Below, one piece after another: positions 58,392 through 64,000 of a DNA stretch of 64,000 nucleotides. The notes below the pieces were generated by a model. That model did not search any database. It worked only from the letters and a program-made list of their open reading frames with translations, and was not told the origin of the DNA. Location: positions 267,882-331,881 of the forward strand of contig NZ_JADGMY010000023.1 in the NCBI RefSeq assembly GCF_015234515.1, written 5' to 3'. The position numbers and the translations under genes were made by a program. The first letter of the stretch is position 1; the number at the start of each line of letters is the position of its first letter. Source of the stretch: Cellulomonas sp. Lineage in GTDB: Bacteria > Actinomycetota > Actinomycetes > Actinomycetales > Cellulomonadaceae.

Positions 58392-59704
58392 CCGCGCCGT
58401 GCGCTCAGGTGCGGACCTCGACGCACGAGGCCGAGCACACCGAGTGCCACCAGCACGCCGAGCGTGCCGAGCGCGACCGGTCGCAGCGTCAGCGCCCACG
58501 GCCAGGACGGGCCGTCGAGCGGCAGGCCGTCGACGGGGTACTCGAGGACCTTCGCCGTCCACCGCGCGGTGGCCACGTCGGTCGTCCGGGCCAGGTCCTG
58601 CAGCACGGCGTCGTACGCGAAGCCGGGTCGCTCGTGGGGGTGCACGACGTCGATGCCGGGGACGGTGCGGGGCCCGGTCGTGCCCGGGACGACGAGCCGG
58701 TCGAGCCCGGCCACCGACGCGGTGCGCGGCACGAACGTCAGACCGTGACGCGACCTCACCGGCCGGTCGCCCACGGCGACCGTGTCCGCGGCCAGCGACT
58801 GCGCGTACGTGTCGAACACCGAGGCGAGCTCGAGCTCGCCGACGCCGTCCGTGAGCTGGACGCCGATGCGCGGCCGGTCCCAGCCGAAGGCGCTGTGGAG
58901 GGCGACGACCGCGTCGGGCGGTGCGAGCCGCGTCCGCGCCATCCGCGGCGGGCCGCTCGACGCGTCGTACGACCAGCCGATCGCCCGTGCGGCCCGCACC
59001 GCGGCGTCCTGCCCGACCAGCCGCTGCACGGCGTGCAGGGTGCCGTCGATCCCTGACAGGACGCCGGCCGTGCTGATCACGGCACCGTCGTCCACGTACC
59101 GCGTCCCGGCGACCCAGTCGACGGCGGGGTAGGCGCCGGCCCACTCGTCGAGGCGCAGCCAGTGGGCGGTGGCCCGGTGGCCGTCGAGCAGCCCCGCCGA
59201 GGCGACCACGGCGCCCCCGTTGCAGACGCTGAGGATGACGGCGCCGCCGTGCGCCTGGGTCGTGAGCCACGCGGTGACGGGCTTCGTCGTGGGCCGGCCG
59301 ACGTCGGGCATCGCCGGCACGACCACGAGGTCCGCCGGCCCACCGAGCAGGTCCTCGAGGCCGGTGAACGTGAGGTCCGGCACGAGGTCGAGCCCGCCGG
59401 TGAGCGGCACCGGGTGGCTCCCGGGGGCCACGGTGTAGACGTTGAACGCACCCGTGGCGGCGAGGATCTCGTACGGGGCCAGGACGTCGGACGCGACGGC
59501 ACCCTTGGCCCCGACCACGACGGCCGCTGTCGGTCTGGTCGGGTCGTACGCGGTCGGCGCCGGGCTCGGGGACGCGCCGTCGGTCCGCGCGGCGTTGAGG
59601 CCGGTGACCGTGTCGACGGCCGTCGGGCCGCCGAGTGCGGCCGGGAGCGCCAGCGCTGCGAGCACGAGCAGGACGACCCTGAGGAACGCGCGCACCGGGC
59701 TCAC
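58331..59704 (-). CDS. DJ-1/PfpI family protein with N- and C-terminal membrane segments
   Basis: DVLAPYEIL, LSVCNG, ATAHW, STAGVLSGIDG; 3' end overlaps araC by 61 nt. Confidence 0.85.
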   Translation of the reverse strand: MSPVRAFLRVVLLVLAALALPAALGGPTAVDTVTGLNAARTDGASPSPAPTAYDPTRPTAAVVVGAKGAVASDVLAPYEILAATGAFNVYTVAPGSHPVPLTGGLDLVPDLTFTGLEDLLGGPADLVVVPAMPDVGRPTTKPVTAWLTTQAHGGAVILSVCNGGAVVASAGLLDGHRATAHWLRLDEWAGAYPAVDWVAGTRYVDDGAVISTAGVLSGIDGTLHAVQRLVGQDAAVRAARAIGWSYDASSGPPRMARTRLAPPDAVVALHSAFGWDRPRIGVQLTDGVGELELASVFDTYAQSLAADTVAVGDRPVRSRHGLTFVPRTASVAGLDRLVVPGTTGPRTVPGIDVVHPHERPGFAYDAVLQDLARTTDVATARWTAKVLEYPVDGLPLDGPSWPWALTLRPVALGTLGVLVALGVLGLVRRGPHLSARRGQVPAGSESAMRRQSRGVSP

Positions 59705-60096
59705 CACCCGTACTCGTGGCGGCGGCGCAGCATCACGGCGACCATCGCCGCCAGCATCATCACGTGCCCGGCCGTCATCAGCTCCATGTCGGTCACGGCT
59801 CCGGCCCGGCTGAACGGCAGCAGCACCAGGAACGGCAGGTACATCGCGGCGGCCATCTCGGCGACGGACGCCACCCCGTGCCCCCGGACCCGCATCCACA
59901 CCGCCATGCCGATCGACATGTTCGTCGCCATCACCAGCACCTGCGCGGTGGTGCTCTCGCTCAGGGCCGGCCAGGCGAACGACCAGACGGGCTCCAGCAG
60001 GACCATGCCCGCCACCATCGCGACCACCATCTCCGCCGCGTGCCGCGTGAACCGCAGCGCCGGGTGGCGGGCGGTGCCGTGCTCTTCGTGGTTCAT
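59701..60096 (-). CDS. Met-rich 4-TM membrane protein
   Basis: HAAEMVVAMVAGM, MATNMSIGMAVWM, GHVMMLAAM; GTGA coupling to the DJ-1 gene. Confidence 0.7.
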   Translation of the reverse strand: MNHEEHGTARHPALRFTRHAAEMVVAMVAGMVLLEPVWSFAWPALSESTTAQVLVMATNMSIGMAVWMRVRGHGVASVAEMAAAMYLPFLVLLPFSRAGAVTDMELMTAGHVMMLAAMVAVMLRRRHEYGW

Positions 60097-60219
60097 CTCG
60101 ACTCCTCGTGGATCCGATGTGCGGACACACGACAGCGTCGACCGGCCCACGGCCGCGGTCAGGTGCCGATCGTCACGCCTCGGGTCACCCTCCGGGAGTG
60201 ACCCCGGCGCCGCCCATGG

Positions 60220-60858
60220 TCAGAGGATCCCGAGGTCCCGGGCCCGCAGGGCCGCCTGCGTGCGGTCGCGCACCTCGAGCTTCGACAGCACGCTGCTGAC
60301 GAGGTTCTTCACGGTCCCCTCGGCGAGGTACAGGGTGCCGGCGATCTCGCGGTTGCTGAGCCCGTCGGCCAGCAGCCGCACCAGCGCGACCTCCCGCTCG
60401 GACAGCGGGTGCGTCGACGGCGCCGTGTCCGCGGGGATCCGCACCACCCGCGCGACGACCTTGGCCGCCACCGACGGCTGGAGCACGGTCTCCCCGTGAG
60501 CGGCCGCGACGAGCGCCTCGACCAACCGTGCCGAGCTCACGTCCTTGAGGAGGTAGCCGACCGCGCCAGCCCGCAGCGCGGCGAAGACGTCCTCGTCGTC
60601 GTCGAACGTCGTCAGCGCGATCACCCGGACCTCCGGCTGCTCGGCACGGAGCCGAGCCGTGGCCGCGATGCCGTCGAGCACCGGCATGCGCAGGTCCATG
60701 AGGACAACGTCGGGTCGCGCCGCGGCGCTCGCGCGGACGGCTTCCTCACCGTTCGACGCCTCACCGACGACCTCGATCCCGGGCTGCACCTCCAGCAGGG
60801 TCGTGAGCGCCTCGCGGAAGAGGGCCTGGTCGTCGGCCAGCAGCACACGGACCGTCAC
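60220..60858 (-). CDS. NarL-family response regulator
   Basis: LLADDQ, VLMDLRMP, LTTFD, YLLKD; LSERE..GLSNREIA HTH. Confidence 0.95.
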   Translation of the reverse strand: MTVRVLLADDQALFREALTTLLEVQPGIEVVGEASNGEEAVRASAAARPDVVLMDLRMPVLDGIAATARLRAEQPEVRVIALTTFDDDEDVFAALRAGAVGYLLKDVSSARLVEALVAAAHGETVLQPSVAAKVVARVVRIPADTAPSTHPLSEREVALVRLLADGLSNREIAGTLYLAEGTVKNLVSSVLSKLEVRDRTQAALRARDLGIL

Positions 60859-61958
60859 CCGGGCACCTCGACGACGAGGCTGGTGACGCCGTCGGGCGGG
60901 GTGGAGACGAGGGAGAGGCGCCCCCCGACGTTGGCCATGCGCTCGCGGAGCCCCGCGAGCCCGAAACCGTCCGCCGGCTCCTCCGCCAGGCCGCGACCGT
61001 CGTCGCGCACCTCGAGCCGGACGTGGTCGTCGTCGCGGAAGTCCAGCACGACCGCGGTGCGCGTGGCGGCCGCGTGCTTCCTGACGTTGGTCAGGCCCTC
61101 CTGGGCCGCTCGGAAGAGGGACTCGTCCACGTCGGCGCGCAGCGGACGGGCACTGCCCCGGACGTCCAGCTCGGTCGGGACGCCGGCCTCCGTCGCCTCG
61201 GCGGCGAGCGTCCGCAACGCGTCCGCGAGGACGGGACGGTGCTCACGCAGCGCCGCCACGGACCGCCGGACCTCGGCGAGGGCCTGTCCCGACTGGTCCT
61301 GCGCCTGGGCCAGCATGGCGTCGAGGCGATCGGGGTCTGCGGTGGGGATGACGGCGCGGGCCGCCGCCAGCAGCATCCGCACGACCGTCAGGTGGTGGCC
61401 GACGCCGTCGTGGATGTCGCGCGCCAGGCGGTTGCGTTCCTGGGTGGTGGCCAGCTGCTCGGCCTGCGCGGCATACCCGTGCAGGCGCTCGTGCGCGGCC
61501 GCGAGCTCGGCCCTGGCCCGCTGCTCGCGGACGAGCAGCTCGATCACGATCACCGTGAACGTGCTGACCGCCAGGGTGCTCAGGGCCTCGCCGAGCACGC
61601 GCGGCCACTGCATGCCGAGGTGGACGAGCGGGACGACGGCGGCTACGCCGACCGCGGCCGGCAGCGGCAGCAGCAGGACCGCCTGCGCGACCAGCACGAC
61701 CAGGAGCAGCACGGCACCGACCGCGGCACCGGACAGGGAGAAGACCGCGAAGCCGAGCACCAGCTGCACGCCGACGTACCCGGCCGCCCACCCGGCAGGA
61801 CGCTCCTCGACGAAGCGGAACCCCAGGATCGCCAGTGCGGCGTACGCGAGACCCACCAGCAGCGTCGGCAGGAGCTCCGCGGACCTCGCGGACCCGAGCG
61901 GCAGCGTCAGGTAGGCGACCACGGTGAGAACGGCGAGCGCCCGGTTCACCCGATTCAC
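60855..61958 (-). CDS. Sensor histidine kinase (HisKA_3)
   Basis: ERNRLARDIHDGVGH; QEGLTNVRKHA; DDGRG; GFGLAGLRER. Confidence 0.93.
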   Translation of the reverse strand: MNRVNRALAVLTVVAYLTLPLGSARSAELLPTLLVGLAYAALAILGFRFVEERPAGWAAGYVGVQLVLGFAVFSLSGAAVGAVLLLVVLVAQAVLLLPLPAAVGVAAVVPLVHLGMQWPRVLGEALSTLAVSTFTVIVIELLVREQRARAELAAAHERLHGYAAQAEQLATTQERNRLARDIHDGVGHHLTVVRMLLAAARAVIPTADPDRLDAMLAQAQDQSGQALAEVRRSVAALREHRPVLADALRTLAAEATEAGVPTELDVRGSARPLRADVDESLFRAAQEGLTNVRKHAAATRTAVVLDFRDDDHVRLEVRDDGRGLAEEPADGFGLAGLRERMANVGGRLSLVSTPPDGVTSLVVEVPG

Positions 61959-62095
61959 TGTGCAGGACGAGGTGTCGCCGGTCAATGACGCGACGGCGGG
62001 TGTCAGGCGGGTCCGATCAGTCCGCGACCCGCGCCACCAGCGTCGTGAGCGCGGCCTCGGCCCGTGCCGACGTCGACGACGTCACCCGGAACCCC

Positions 62096-63145
62096 TCAGA
62101 GCCAGCCGTTGCGGCGGAACGACCGGTGGAGCCCGACGCACACCGCAGCGATGACCCCCAGCACGAGGAAGTACCCGTACCGCCACCGCAGCTCGGGGAT
62201 GAACTCGAAGTTCATGCCGTACACACCGGCGATCGCCGTGGGGACCAGCGCGATGGCCGCCCACGAGGAGATCTTGCGCATGTCGCCGTTCTGGCGCAGC
62301 GCGACCTCGCTCTGCGCCACCGTCACGCGGGCGGTGTTGGCCTGCAGCACGTCACCGAGCTGGCGCTCGACCGCCTCCACCGCGTCCGCGGCCCGCAGCA
62401 GGTGGTCCTGCACGTCGCGGAAGTAGGGGGCGGACGTCGGCGGCACGTGGGGGACGTCGCCGTCGACGAGTCGCTGCAGCGGACGGCCGAGCGGCAGCAC
62501 CGCCCGGCGCACCTCCGCCGCCTCCTGCTTGAGCTTGTAGATGCGCTCGGCGTGGTTGACCTGCCCCGGCCCGAACACGCGCGCCTCGATGTCGTCCACG
62601 TCGACGTCGATCTCGCCGAGCGCCGACTCGTACCCGTCGACGACGAGGTCCGCCGCCCGGTAGAGCACGCCGGCGGGCCCGAACCCGGCCGCGGGGCCGT
62701 CCCCGCGGTCCAGCTCCTCGCGCACGCGCCGCAGCACGTCACCCTGCCCGTGCCGCACGGTGACGACGAAGTGCTCGCCGAGGAACAGCGCGATCTCCCC
62801 GACGTCCACGACCTCGTCGTGGTCGACGTAGCGCACGGGCTTGAGCACGACGAACACCACGTCGCCGTACACCTCGAGCTTCGGGCGCTGGTGCGCCTTG
62901 ACCGCGTCCTCGACCGCGAGCGCCGGCAGCCCGAACTCGCCCGCCACCGCCGCGACGTCCGCGACCGTCGGCCCCTCGAGCCCCAGCCAGACGAAGCCGC
63001 CGCTCTCGCGCGCCACGTCGCCGGCGCGCCCCAGCGGCAGGCGGCCCGGTGCGCGCCGGCCGTCGACGTACAGTCCGCAGTCGACGACGACGCGGTCCGC
63101 GTCCACCACGCGTTCGGCGTCGTCCGCGCCACCGTCCACGTCCAC
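62096..63145 (-). CDS. corA: CorA magnesium/cobalt transporter
   Basis: AVEDAVKAHQRPKLE; YGMNF signature; two C-terminal TM helices. Confidence 0.93.
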   Translation of the reverse strand: MDVDGGADDAERVVDADRVVVDCGLYVDGRRAPGRLPLGRAGDVARESGGFVWLGLEGPTVADVAAVAGEFGLPALAVEDAVKAHQRPKLEVYGDVVFVVLKPVRYVDHDEVVDVGEIALFLGEHFVVTVRHGQGDVLRRVREELDRGDGPAAGFGPAGVLYRAADLVVDGYESALGEIDVDVDDIEARVFGPGQVNHAERIYKLKQEAAEVRRAVLPLGRPLQRLVDGDVPHVPPTSAPYFRDVQDHLLRAADAVEAVERQLGDVLQANTARVTVAQSEVALRQNGDMRKISSWAAIALVPTAIAGVYGMNFEFIPELRWRYGYFLVLGVIAAVCVGLHRSFRRNGWL

Positions 63146-63222
63146 GTGCGGCTCCTCTCGTCGCCGTGACCGTACCCGCAGGGCAGGGGCTGCGGGCGGA
63201 GGTCGCGCGGTCGAGCACGTCG

Positions 63223-63891
63223 TCACGTGCGCACCTCGTGCCGCACCGGCCGCAGTGCGCCGGGCGCGTCGACCGCGTCGGGGAACTCGCACGTGAACGT
63301 GCCGCGGTAGCCGAACAGGAACCCGAGCAGCCGGTTGCGGACCTCGAGGTCGACGTGGAACTGCTGCTCCTCGTCGTCGAACCACTCGTGCAACCGGGCC
63401 TCACCGCTGAGGAGCATCGGGAAGCGGAAGCCGACCGGCCCCTCGTAGAACCGCTGCCCGTGGGTCGTCAGGTGCAGCGAGCCGTCGTCGAGGACGCGCA
63501 GGTCGAGGTCCACGGCCAGGTGCTGGTGCGTCCCGAGGTAGTCGATGACGCGTCCCTCGTGGAGGACCATCGTCGCGTCGAACCGCCGCGTCCGGTCGCG
63601 CACGCGGTACTCCCGCACGAACGTGACGGTCTCCCTGCCGAAGGGGTCGCGGTACGGGAAGTTCGAGATCGTGAATGGCACGTCGCGCCCGATGTCGGGG
63701 ACGAGGATGTTGCGCACGGCCCCGAGCTGCAGGAACGGCAGCGTCCACCACGGTCCGCGGCGGATCTCCTGCATGACGCCGCGGCCCACGCACGCGTACC
63801 CCGCGTCGAGCCCGACGCCGAACCTCTGCTGCAGCATGGGGTGCAGGCGGGCGAAGTCGGCACCGAGTGCCTGGGCGAACACGGATGTCAC
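63223..63891 (-). CDS. DUF4166-family protein
   Basis: VFAQALGADFARLHPMLQ..F; ETVTFVR..RFDATM; FGYRGTF. Confidence 0.75.
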   Translation of the reverse strand: MTSVFAQALGADFARLHPMLQQRFGVGLDAGYACVGRGVMQEIRRGPWWTLPFLQLGAVRNILVPDIGRDVPFTISNFPYRDPFGRETVTFVREYRVRDRTRRFDATMVLHEGRVIDYLGTHQHLAVDLDLRVLDDGSLHLTTHGQRFYEGPVGFRFPMLLSGEARLHEWFDDEEQQFHVDLEVRNRLLGFLFGYRGTFTCEFPDAVDAPGALRPVRHEVRT

Positions 63892-64000
63892 GGTGCCTCC
63901 AGCTGGTCGAGCGTCGTGGGGGCGTCGTCCATGACGGACGGCCCGGAGGGAGGGGCGGTCCGGCGGGTCGATCCCCGGCGGGGTGCGCGCAGGCAGCGGC
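63888..64000 (-). CDS. 3' end of an upstream gene (partial at window edge)
   Basis: Open frame ...RCLRAPRR...LEAP* whose TGA overlaps the DUF4166 GTG. Confidence 0.5.
   Translation of the reverse strand, partial: RCLRAPRRGSTRRTAPPSGPSVMDDAPTTLDQLEAP

Noticed and set aside
1-64000. tRNA, rRNA or integrase-type att sites
   Set aside because: No cloverleaf, rRNA-like sequence or site-specific recombinase gene recognised by eye; tRNAscan-SE would settle the tRNA question.

Overview
High-GC actinobacterial chromosome, Cellulomonas-like by gene content (inferred). It carries the conserved block usually found near oriC: cca, MFS, ino1-padR, ponA, rpsF-ssb-rpsR-rplI, MATE and dnaB. 1.7-12.6 kb holds four tandem ECF sigma/membrane-partner modules (one collapsed by deletion), each preceded by a CAAC-N17/18-CGTT motif. 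It also holds a LOV-GAF-PP2C photoreceptor gene and an AbiEi/DUF559-type nuclease gene bracketed by two near-identical 45-bp palindromes. dnaB has two inteins (Ala-initiated class 3 and Cys-initiated class 1) and a phased DnaA-box array upstream. Downstream of dnaB is an accessory region with: a decayed IS; a secreted RHS toxin with an HExxE tip whose coupled immunity ORF resembles EF-G domain IV; a STAND-LuxR regulator divergent from an S8 protease / APH kinase / HopA1-like lyase / LanC-like cyclase operon, where the best Cys/Thr-rich substrate candidate is the protease's own tail; and orphan toxin-immunity pieces and several pseudogenes. Ordinary metabolic and regulatory genes fill the rest to the window end. 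No rRNA, tRNA or CRISPR array was seen. All family assignments come from motif recognition by eye; no database searches were run.
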